A DNA stretch of 64,000 nt from Candidatus Altimarinota bacterium (GCA_963664295.1 OY760935.1:256001-320000), one strand, 5' to 3'; shown: positions 10,723-18,946, numbered from the stretch's first letter. The notes: generated by a model not told the origin, from the sequence alone. Program-made: numbers and translations.

Positions 10723-12339
10723 ATGAAAAAATTTGAAAAACACCTAAAAAAGGCCTTACCAATAATAAAAAAAGTAATAAAAAATACAGCTTTACCGCTA
10801 TTATTGCTCATTTTTGTATGGTTTTTTTATATCAATAATTCACAAATAAAAATAAATCTAAAAAAAATTGACAATTTAACAGGCTCAGTTAATGCATTAG
10901 TGGAAGAAAATCATCAATTGCGTTTATTTGCCTTTGAGTTATGCACTAGTAGTAATATGCTGGGAGATTATTTGTTTTCAGAAGAATATAATTGCGCGCA
11001 GTTTTTTCCACAAATTGCAGAAGAGCAAGAGGTAAATGTCTCTTTGGAAAGCCAGTTTATATCATTTGTGAACACTTTTTTTGTTCAAGGGCAGGTTGAA
11101 GAACAAGCAGAAAATCCAGAAGAAATAGACGTAGAAACCAACGAAGAAAATGAAGTTTTAATCAATAATATAATTAGCGTAAGCAAAAGTGCTGATTTTT
11201 CCTCTAGCTTAAGCGCAAATCTTGCAGAACAAAGAAAAGCAGATATGCAAGCCATTGTGCAAAATGACAAAATAGCCCTTTATCTTGCTGATTTTGGTCT
11301 TCATCTTGAGCAGGAAAATGAAAACTTACTTAAATTAAAAAAAGAGGAAGAGATTTTAGCTGATATTTATTGGGATCAAGATTCTCTTGATGTAAAAGTT
11401 AATGACCTGACCAGACAGGCAATAATTTCTCTTGGTACTTTTAATTTGGTAAACAAAAAAGCCCAATATATTACAGAAAAATACAGCACATTTGATTTGG
11501 AAGCATTTTTGCAAAGTGTTGATAAGCTTGAAAAACACAATGCTTCTCTGGAGAATTATCTTATCTTAGGTCGTCATGGGGCTAATTTAGATACTATGAT
11601 TTTAGCTTCTGTTGATTTTAAAAAACAAAGAATTACCTTAGTTTCTATTCCTCGTGATTTATGGCTTAATTCACGCAAATTAAATTCATATCATGCTATT
11701 TATGGCATGCCGGTATTTAAACAAAAAATTGAAGAAATTACAGGGCAAAAAATAAAACATTATGTTCTTATTGATATGATGGCTTTTGTTGAGGTTGTTG
11801 ATATTTTGGGCGGTATTGATTATGAGTTTACAGAGCCTTTAATAGATCCATCTTATAGAACAGTGGATAATGGCATTGAAGGCACTCTTTATTTTGCAAA
11901 AGGTGAACATCATTTAAACGGCACTCAAGCCTTAAGAGTTGCAAGAACTCGCCATACTTCTAGTGATTTTGCTAGGGCAGGGAGACAGCAAGAAATATTA
12001 AAAGCAATAAAAAGCAAAATAGACGAAGAGGGGAAAGCAAAGTCTTTTATCAATATGCTTCCGATTTTGATGGAAAAAGTAGAAACAGATTTTGCGCTTC
12101 ATGAGTTAATTCCTTTAGTTATGAAGTCTAAAGATTTTGAGCTTAGAACAGGAAAAGTAATGTCCACTTCAAATATTTTGGTTTCGGAAATGATTGAGGT
12201 GACTCCTGTGACTGTTAGTGTTGAGCCTGTTGCTGAGGGCGAGGAACAGCCTGTTATGAAAGCTTATGCTCTTAAACCTCGTGATGACGATTGGGCATTG
12301 ATTGCTAAGTTTATTTTGAGTGCGATTTATTCTGACTAG
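10723..12339 (+). CDS. LCP (LytR-CpsA-Psr) family protein
   Basis: DTMILA..LVSIPRDLW..KLNS..GGID..LNGTQAL..ARTRH.SDFARAGRQQ; N-terminal TM; start placed at ATG 10723, after a TATAAT. Confidence 0.92.
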   Translation: MKKFEKHLKKALPIIKKVIKNTALPLLLLIFVWFFYINNSQIKINLKKIDNLTGSVNALVEENHQLRLFAFELCTSSNMLGDYLFSEEYNCAQFFPQIAEEQEVNVSLESQFISFVNTFFVQGQVEEQAENPEEIDVETNEENEVLINNIISVSKSADFSSSLSANLAEQRKADMQAIVQNDKIALYLADFGLHLEQENENLLKLKKEEEILADIYWDQDSLDVKVNDLTRQAIISLGTFNLVNKKAQYITEKYSTFDLEAFLQSVDKLEKHNASLENYLILGRHGANLDTMILASVDFKKQRITLVSIPRDLWLNSRKLNSYHAIYGMPVFKQKIEEITGQKIKHYVLIDMMAFVEVVDILGGIDYEFTEPLIDPSYRTVDNGIEGTLYFAKGEHHLNGTQALRVARTRHTSSDFARAGRQQEILKAIKSKIDEEGKAKSFINMLPILMEKVETDFALHELIPLVMKSKDFELRTGKVMSTSNILVSEMIEVTPVTVSVEPVAEGEEQPVMKAYALKPRDDDWALIAKFILSAIYSD

Positions 12340-12365
12340 GTATAGGTAGTTGGTAAGAAATAGTG

Positions 12366-13590
12366 TGTCATCCTGAGCGAGCCTGTGCTCTGTCATCCTG
12401 AGCGAGCCTTTAGGCGAAGCGAAGGATCTCCCGTTGTCATTACTGCACAATTACCTAAGGCAGGATTTGAGCACATGGACAAGGAGATTCTTCACTCCAT
12501 TTCACTCCGCTCAGAATGACAGCAAGGGTGTGTTTTTCGCTCAGAATGACACCTCTCGAGATTGCGGGTCAAGCCCGCAATGACAATCCAAAAAGTCCGC
12601 AATGACACCTCTCGAGATTGCGGGTCAAGCCCGCAATGACAATCCAAAAAGTCCGCAATGACATGATTCTCTGGATTATCGGATCAAGTCCGATAATGAC
12701 AAAAAAAGAGGCAGGTTCCTCGCAATGACAAATATGATGTCATCCTGAGTGAGCCTTTAGGCGAAGCGAAGGATCTCCCGTTGTCATTACTGCACAATTA
12801 CCTAAGGCAGGATTTGAGCAAATGGACAAGGAGATTGCGGGTCAAGCCCGCAATGACAATCCAAAAAGTCCGCAATGACATGATTCTCTGGATTATCGGA
12901 TCAAGTCCGATAATGACAAAAAAAGAGGCAGGTTCCTCGCAATGACAAATATGATGTCATCCTGAGTGAGCCTTTAGGCGAAGCGAAGGATCTCCCGTTG
13001 TCATTACTGCACAATTACCTAAGGCAGGATTTGAGCAAATGGACAAGGAGATTGCGGGTCAAGCCCGCAATGACAATCCAAAAAGTCCGCAATGACATGA
13101 TTCTCTGGATTATCGGATCAAGTCCGATAATGACAAAAAAAGAGGCAGGTTCCTCGCAATGACAAATATGATGTCATCCTGAGTGAGCCTTTAGGCGAAG
13201 CGAAGGATCTCCCGTTGTCATTACTGCACAATTACCTAAGGCAGGATTTGAGCAAATGGACAAGGAGATTGCGGGTCAAGCCCGCAATGACAATCCAAAA
13301 AGTCCGCAATGACATGATTCTCTGGATTATCGGATCAAGTCCGATAATGACAAAAAAAGAGGCAGGTTCCTCGCAATGACAAATATGATGTCATCCTGAG
13401 CGAGCCTTTAGGCGAAGCGAAGGATCTCCCGTAGTCATTACTGCACAATTACCTAAGGCAGGATTTGAGCAAATGGACAAGGAGATTCTTCGCTCCATTT
13501 CACTCCGCTCAGAATGACAGCAAGGCTGTTTTTTCTGCTCAGAATGACACCTCCTGCCTCCCGAGATTGCGGGTCAAGCCCGCAATGATA
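12366..13590. repeat. large REP-like array containing four tandem 217-bp units
   Basis: gagatt anchor at 12614, 12831, 13048, 13265 and 13482 (period 217); also a 56-bp duplication at 12558/12614. Confidence 0.95.
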
Positions 13591-13676
13591 ACCTTAGCGT
13601 AAAGCCTTTTTCTCTGTACAAAAAATTTGTTCATAAATCCATAAAACAATATGAAGACCTGATTTTTATAAATTAA

Positions 13677-13729
13677 CTCTTGACAAATATAAAAAAAGAT
13701 GTATAATAAATCAACCTGTTCTTTAACAA
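13677..13729 (+). promoter_or_regulatory. sigma70 promoter plus boxA-like site
   Basis: TTGACA (13680-85), 16 nt, TATAAT (13702-07), then TGTTCTTTAACA (13717-28), one mismatch from the rrn boxA TGCTCTTTAACA. Confidence 0.8.
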
Positions 13730-13731
13730 TT

Positions 13732-13829
13732 CGTTTAAACAAAGAGTGGATTGCCTGCTTTCAAAAAAAACACCACGCTCTAGCGTGAGTGCTTTCACGC
13801 AAAGTAAGCAATCCATCTCTTTGCAAACG
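13732..13829 (+). ncRNA. candidate structured 5' leader RNA
   Basis: Stem cgttt..caaagag-tggattgc / gcaatcca-t-ctctttg..aaacg; internal alternative hairpins cacgc/gcgtg and gcgtga/tcacgc. Confidence 0.5.
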
Positions 13830-13990
13830 CGGTTTTCATTTTTTTACTAACTGGATTTAGTCAGCTTTCCCGCCATTATTCTGCGTTTTTTTCCTCGTTG
13901 TATTTTACCCATTTCCCCATTGACGGAACCACACATTAACTTAGATTGCACGACCCACAGAGGCGTGCGCATCCAAAAAGGAGATTTACC

Positions 13991-15001
13991 ATGAGCAAAT
14001 TCACCAAGTTTTTCGTTTTTATCGTTTTGTTGCTTGCTACATGCAACCTTGCGCAAGCGCACTTTCCCTACAAAAGGTTCGATGGCTTTAGGCTTCAAGC
14101 CTTTGGTTATTGGGAGGCCCGGAAAATCCCTAAAAGGATTGAAAGGCTGTCGCTGGTGTCCTTGGCGGACAGGCCCGCCATAGAAATGACTTTTCTGTCA
14201 TTTCATGACAAAGTGGCCATGTTGGCATATGACCCAAACGCCAACCTTTCCACAAAGAACGCAAGGGCGTTGGCCTCTTTCCATGGCCACACATTAACCC
14301 TTGATTTGCATGATCCGGCAACTGAGGTTGCTAGGAAAATTGCGAAGTTCAAGGGCGATTGTTTGGAGTTGGACTTTTATGACAACCCGAGCGTTGAGGC
14401 TGCCAAGGCATTCGCAACTTTTAAGGGCGAGATGTTGGAGGCGAAGTTTAGGGAGAAGCCGACCATTGAGGTTCTTAAGGCACTGTTCAGCTTTGGCGGC
14501 AAGACGCTGAAAGTTAGGATCCCTAATAATCTGCAGTCTGACATTGCATCTGCCATTGCTGCTTTTGGCGGCAATGAGCTGAAGGTTGTCTGCGGTAAAC
14601 TGACCGTTGAGGCCCTTAAGGCGTTGTCCGGCTTTGGCGGCAGTTCACTTTCTGTCACGGAGCACAGTGCGGAGCATCAGCTTACAGCCCTGCACGGAGA
14701 AGAGATTGCTGCTTTCAATGGCGATCATCTGAAGCTCAGGTTGCGCAAACAGCCTGACGAAGACTTTTTTAAGGCTTTGACCAAGAGTTTTTGCGGGCTT
14801 ACAATTGACGCCGAAATCTTGGATTGTAATCGGCCGATTGACCTCAATAACTTTGTTGTCAACGGAGGACCAGCAGTGAGTCTCAAGCTTTATCAGACCA
14901 CTGAGGAGCCTTTGGAAATCATTCCGCCGACAGAATTGTATGATAGGAATAAAATTTCAGTTACGATCAACTACGCCTACCAGGGCGTTCCGTTTCCGTA
15001 G
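13991..15001 (+). CDS. secreted protein with ~24-aa LRR-like solenoid repeats (GC-richer orphan)
   Basis: SD AAAGGAGA before ATG 13991; signal peptide ending AQA; repeats A.ALA.F.G..L.L....P..E. One counted 60-nt line is 52% GC, versus 27% in a counted purA line. Confidence 0.8.
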   Translation: MSKFTKFFVFIVLLLATCNLAQAHFPYKRFDGFRLQAFGYWEARKIPKRIERLSLVSLADRPAIEMTFLSFHDKVAMLAYDPNANLSTKNARALASFHGHTLTLDLHDPATEVARKIAKFKGDCLELDFYDNPSVEAAKAFATFKGEMLEAKFREKPTIEVLKALFSFGGKTLKVRIPNNLQSDIASAIAAFGGNELKVVCGKLTVEALKALSGFGGSSLSVTEHSAEHQLTALHGEEIAAFNGDHLKLRLRKQPDEDFFKALTKSFCGLTIDAEILDCNRPIDLNNFVVNGGPAVSLKLYQTTEEPLEIIPPTELYDRNKISVTINYAYQGVPFP

Positions 15002-15030
15002 GTATACATTTGCAAAGAGATGGAATTACG

Positions 15031-15067
15031 GCACGGGGCGGTTTATCCGCCCCTGCTAGTTTTTTTA
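15031..15067 (+). terminator. intrinsic terminator
   Basis: ggggcgg-tttat-ccgcccc stem followed by a T tract. Confidence 0.75.
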
Positions 15068-15074
15068 TTGTGTT

Positions 15075-16412
15075 TTAATAAATTCCCAAATACTCATCAA
15101 CTTCCCAATCTGAAACATGCAAACGATATTTGTCTGCTTCGGCTTGTTTGGCTTGTAAATATTTTGCATGAGTTTGTTCACCAAAAACATCCAGAGCTAT
15201 TTTGCTACCTTCAAATTTTTTCAAAGCCTCTGGCAAAGAATCAGGCAAGGTGCGCACACGCATTCTTTGAGCTTTTTTATCTGTAAATTCATAAATATTT
15301 TCTTCAATAGACTCAGGTGGAGTCATTTTTTTCTCTATACCATCAAGTCCAATTGCAAGCATGGTTGCAAAAGCAAGATAAGGATTAGAAGAAGAATCAG
15401 GACAGCGAAGTTCGCAACGAGTGGCCTGAGATTGACCTTTTAAGAAAATAGGCACACGAATAAGTGCAGAGCGATTTGTTTGTCCCCAAGCTACATAAAC
15501 AGGCGCTTCATATCCTGGCACCAATCTTTTATATGAATTTATTAGAGGATTTGTCACAGCTACAATTTCATGAATATTGCTCAATTGACCAGCAATAAAT
15601 TGTAGTGCTGTTTTTGATAATTTATATTTTGTATTTTTTTCATCATAAAAAGCATTTTTATTATTTTTAAATAAAGATTGATGGACATGCATGCCAGAGC
15701 CATTAATTCCTGCAATTGGCTTAGGCATAAAAGTTGCATGCAAGCCCCATTGACGAGCAACAGCCTTGAGAGCGGTTTTAACAGTAATCACAGCATCGGC
15801 TTGAGTAATTGCATCAGAATATTTAAAAGCAATTTCATGTTGAGATTCAGCTACTTCATGGTGAATAGATTCAACATCAATGCCCATCTGAGAAACAACT
15901 TCGCTCATTGCTTGGCGAATTGGTCCTGCTTTATCCATTGCGTAATCAAAATAACTAGCACGATCATGGGTAATTAAAGCTGGAGCACCATCTTCGTCGG
16001 TTTTAAAAAGAAAAAATTCTAACTCAGGTCCAACAAAATAATTATCAAAGCCCATTTTTTGTGCTCTTTTTATTTGTTTTTTGAGAATTTGCCGAGGATC
16101 GCCATCAAAAGGATTGCCATCTGGCAGAAAAACATCACAAATAATGCGAGCAACAGCAGAGTCGCCATTGCTTTCCCAAGGAACAAGAGCAAATGTGTCT
16201 AAATCTGGTTTAAGATACATATCAGACTCATAAATACGAGCAAAACCTTCAATAGAAGAGCCATCAAACCAGATGTTGTTTTCAAGAGATTCTTTAAGCT
16301 TGCTAACAGGCGTTGTCACGCTTTTGACTGTTCCTAAAAGATCACAAAATTGGAAATTAACAAAGCGAACATTGTGTTCTTTACAGAATTTTAAAATTTG
16401 CTCTTTGGTCAT
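15075..16412 (-). CDS. glnA: glutamine synthetase type I
   Basis: FDGSSIEGF, GPELEFFLF, HHEVA, ATFMPKP, NGSGMHVHQSL, SYKRLVPGYEAP, NRSALIRVP. Confidence 0.98.
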   Translation of the reverse strand: MTKEQILKFCKEHNVRFVNFQFCDLLGTVKSVTTPVSKLKESLENNIWFDGSSIEGFARIYESDMYLKPDLDTFALVPWESNGDSAVARIICDVFLPDGNPFDGDPRQILKKQIKRAQKMGFDNYFVGPELEFFLFKTDEDGAPALITHDRASYFDYAMDKAGPIRQAMSEVVSQMGIDVESIHHEVAESQHEIAFKYSDAITQADAVITVKTALKAVARQWGLHATFMPKPIAGINGSGMHVHQSLFKNNKNAFYDEKNTKYKLSKTALQFIAGQLSNIHEIVAVTNPLINSYKRLVPGYEAPVYVAWGQTNRSALIRVPIFLKGQSQATRCELRCPDSSSNPYLAFATMLAIGLDGIEKKMTPPESIEENIYEFTDKKAQRMRVRTLPDSLPEALKKFEGSKIALDVFGEQTHAKYLQAKQAEADKYRLHVSDWEVDEYLGIY

Positions 16413-16414
16413 TT

Positions 16415-16499
16415 TGTACAGAAAAATTGTAAATTATGTACGAAATTTATGCTCATTTCATACATAAATCAAGTACATTTTGTACATTTTTTATGTACA
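16415..16499. promoter_or_regulatory. candidate operator repeats TGTACA-N7-TGTACA in the divergent glnA/purQ intergenic region
   Basis: TGTACA-gaaaaat-TGTAAA (16415), TGTACG-aaattta-TGCTCA (16437), TGTACA-tttttta-TGTACA (16481). Confidence 0.4.
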
Positions 16500-16575
16500 T
16501 TTTGTGCAAATAGTTTAAAAATTATATTTTTTAAAAACTCTTTTCAAAAAAATAAATTGCAGGCACAATATCTCC

Positions 16576-17865
16576 ATGAAAAAAATTGCATTAGTTGTTT
16601 TTCCGGGAATGAATTGCGAGGTGGAAAGCTATCGCACGCTCAAGAGAGCTGGTTTTGCTCCACAAATTATTCTTTGGAATGAAGATAAAAGTATTTTGAG
16701 AAATTTTGACGGAATTATGCTTCCCGGCGGATTTTCTTTTGAAGATCGTGGTCGCAGTGGGGTTGTTTCTGCAAAAGAGCCTATTTTAGAGGGAGTTAGA
16801 GAGCTTGCAGAAGCTGGCAAGCCTGTTCTTGGTGTTTGTAATGGAGCACAAGTATTGGTTGAAGCCGGACTTGCTCCTGGTTTTAAAACAGAAACAGAAA
16901 TGGCTTTAGCTCGCAACAAAAGAATATCTGAAGAAGGCGAGATATTAGGCACTGGTTTTTATCATACTTGGGTTTACATGAAGTCAATTGCTCCAAAAGG
17001 CAGATGTGCATTTAATAATTTTGAACAGGATTTAATTTTTCATGTACCAATAGCACACGGAGAAGGCAGATTTACAGGTAGCAAAGAATACATTGAAGCA
17101 ATTGAAGAAAATCAAATGAATGTGTTTACATATTGCGATCAAGAGGGAAATGTGATTGAAAATTTTCCAATAAATCCAAATGGTAGTGCAATGAATATAG
17201 CAGGATTGTGCAATACAAACGGCAATGTGCTTGCTCTTATGCCTCATCCAGAGCGAACTTTCACTTCTGATGCAATCTTTAATTCCATGCACAAATGGTT
17301 TGAAGGCGAAAAAAACATCCCAAGCATCAAAATACCTGAAGAAAAAGAGCAAAAACCAGCAGAAACACCAGATAATCAAATTGAATTTTTTGTAAACTTA
17401 AAAATTACAGACAACACAGAAAAAACAATTGAAAAAGCCTTACAAAAGCTTATTAACGATCAATCTGTAGAGCTTTCTCGTTGGCAATATTGGGGCATAA
17501 AAACAAAAAGTGACAATTTAGTTAATTTAGCAGAAGAGCTAATAAAATCAGGAGAAATATTTAATGAAAACAAAGAAAATGCCTTAGTTAAAATAGGCAC
17601 AGATTTTTATTCTTATCAAAACGGAGAATTAAAAATATCAGCAGAAAAATTGCCAGAAAATAGCTATTTAGCAAGAGAAAATGAAGATTTTATCGGTCAG
17701 GCAAAATTTGAAAAAATCAATCATCATTTAGAAGAAAAAAATATTACCAATATAGAAAGTGGCATACTTTGGGCAATAAAAGCAGAAAAAAATTATTCTC
17801 TTGAAGATTTGCAAAAAACTTATATTTTTCAAAATCCAGTAGCAGGCAGTTTGATCCAAGTTTAA
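16576..17865 (+). CDS. purQ: FGAM synthase glutaminase subunit PurQ with C-terminal PurS-like extension
   Basis: VFPGMNCE, LPGGFSFED, GVCNGAQVL, IAHGEG, NPNGS, MPHPER; about 190 extra residues ending FQNPV. Confidence 0.9.
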   Translation: MKKIALVVFPGMNCEVESYRTLKRAGFAPQIILWNEDKSILRNFDGIMLPGGFSFEDRGRSGVVSAKEPILEGVRELAEAGKPVLGVCNGAQVLVEAGLAPGFKTETEMALARNKRISEEGEILGTGFYHTWVYMKSIAPKGRCAFNNFEQDLIFHVPIAHGEGRFTGSKEYIEAIEENQMNVFTYCDQEGNVIENFPINPNGSAMNIAGLCNTNGNVLALMPHPERTFTSDAIFNSMHKWFEGEKNIPSIKIPEEKEQKPAETPDNQIEFFVNLKITDNTEKTIEKALQKLINDQSVELSRWQYWGIKTKSDNLVNLAEELIKSGEIFNENKENALVKIGTDFYSYQNGELKISAEKLPENSYLARENEDFIGQAKFEKINHHLEEKNITNIESGILWAIKAEKNYSLEDLQKTYIFQNPVAGSLIQV

Positions 17866-18324
17866 ATGAAAAAATTTTATTTACTTTTACCAAATATAAG
17901 AAGCGGATTTAATGTCGGTGCTTTTTTTCGCACAGCCGACGCACTGGGAGTAGATAAAATTTTTTTAGCAGGTTATACACCCTATCCACCACATACAGAA
18001 ATAGCAAAAACAGCACTAGGTGCAGAGGATTTTGTTGATTGGCAATATTTTTTAGATCCATTTGAGCTTGTAAAAAAACTAAAAAAACAAGGAGTGGAAA
18101 TAATAGCACTAGAAAACACTAAAACAGCAAAATTACTCACAAAATATAAACCAAAAAAAGAAAAAGTTTGCCTTGTAGTAGGCAATGAGGTCGAAGGAAT
18201 AAGTGAAGAAATTTTAGAATTAGCAGACACAACACTTAAAATAGAAATGAAAGGAAAAAAAGAGTCATTAAATGTCTCAATAGCTGGAGGGATAGCCATT
18301 TCTGAAATTAGTAAGAATTTTTGA
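17866..18324 (+). CDS. TrmH/SpoU family RNA methyltransferase
   Basis: NVGAFFRTADALG, VVGNEVEGIS and ESLNVSIA SPOUT motifs. Confidence 0.92.
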   Translation: MKKFYLLLPNIRSGFNVGAFFRTADALGVDKIFLAGYTPYPPHTEIAKTALGAEDFVDWQYFLDPFELVKKLKKQGVEIIALENTKTAKLLTKYKPKKEKVCLVVGNEVEGISEEILELADTTLKIEMKGKKESLNVSIAGGIAISEISKNF

Positions 18325-18425
18325 TTAAAAATCTTGATTAAAAATAAGTTTTCATAGAAAATATAGTTCGTGATTTTAATGATTTTGATTAGCCGTTGCA
18401 CCTAATCAGAAAGAAAACAAAGTGC

Positions 18426-18726
18426 AACAGACCACGGAGAGATGGCAGAGTGGTCGCCAATATAAACAGAGGGCTTGAAAACTAGTAAAAAAATTGGATA
18501 AAAAATTACCTAATTTTATCATAAATGTATCGTTGCATACGCAATGATACAAATAACACAAACAGACCACGGAGAGATGGCAGAGTGGTCGCCAATATAA
18601 ACAGAGGGCTTGAAAACTAGTAAAAAAATTGGATAAAAAATTACCTAATTTTATCATAAATGTATCGTTGCATACGCAATGATACAAATAACACAAACAG
18701 ACCACGGAGAGATGGCAGAGTGGTCG
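18426..18726 (+). repeat. 135-bp tandem repeat (2.2 copies) carrying the tRNA-Ser 5' end
   Basis: aacagaccacggagagatggcagagtggtcg at 18426, 18561 and 18696; the two full units are identical. Confidence 0.95.
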
Positions 18727-18795
18727 AATGCAACGGTCTTGAAAACCGTCGTGGCAGCAATGTCACCGTGGGTTCGAATCCCACTCTCTCCGCCA
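18706..18795 (+). tRNA. tRNA-Ser(UGA)
   Basis: Acceptor stem GGAGAGA/TCTCTCC, anticodon arm acggt-cTTGAaa-accgt, long variable arm, GGTTCGAATCC, encoded G-CCA. Confidence 0.97.
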
Positions 18796-18838
18796 TTAAA
18801 AAATATTACCCCAAAGGGGTAAGATTTTTTAATAATGG
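18793..18838 (+). terminator. hairpin/terminator after the tRNA
   Basis: ttacccc-aaa-ggggtaa core extended by AT-rich arms, followed by a T run. Confidence 0.55.
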
Positions 18839-18946
18839 TGAAGAAGTGGCTTGATGCGAAGCCATAGGTTCGACACTCAAGCGAGCGAGAGAATTTGTGC
18901 TTGCGCAAAATTCCGAACGAGCGCAGAAGGCCTTATTTAGCTTAAT

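Noticed and set aside
12366-13590. CRISPR array
   Set aside because: Whole 217-bp units repeat with no unique spacers, and there are no cas genes in the window.
13732-15024. Retron or IS element suggested by the inverted repeats
   Set aside because: The enclosed ORF has a signal peptide and solenoid repeats, with no RT or transposase motifs; no target-site duplication was seen.
16415-16499. Canonical GlnR/TnrA box upstream of glnA
   Set aside because: Half-site sequence and spacing do not fit TGTNA-N7-TNACA; reported instead as an unassigned motif.
18436-18620. Two additional functional tRNA genes
   Set aside because: The copies lack a T-arm, a variable arm and the 3' acceptor strand.
18406-18908. 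ORFs 18406-18705, 18654-18908 and 18660-18854
   Set aside because: They overlap the tRNA and its tandem repeat; the repeated peptide is a by-product of the DNA repeat.
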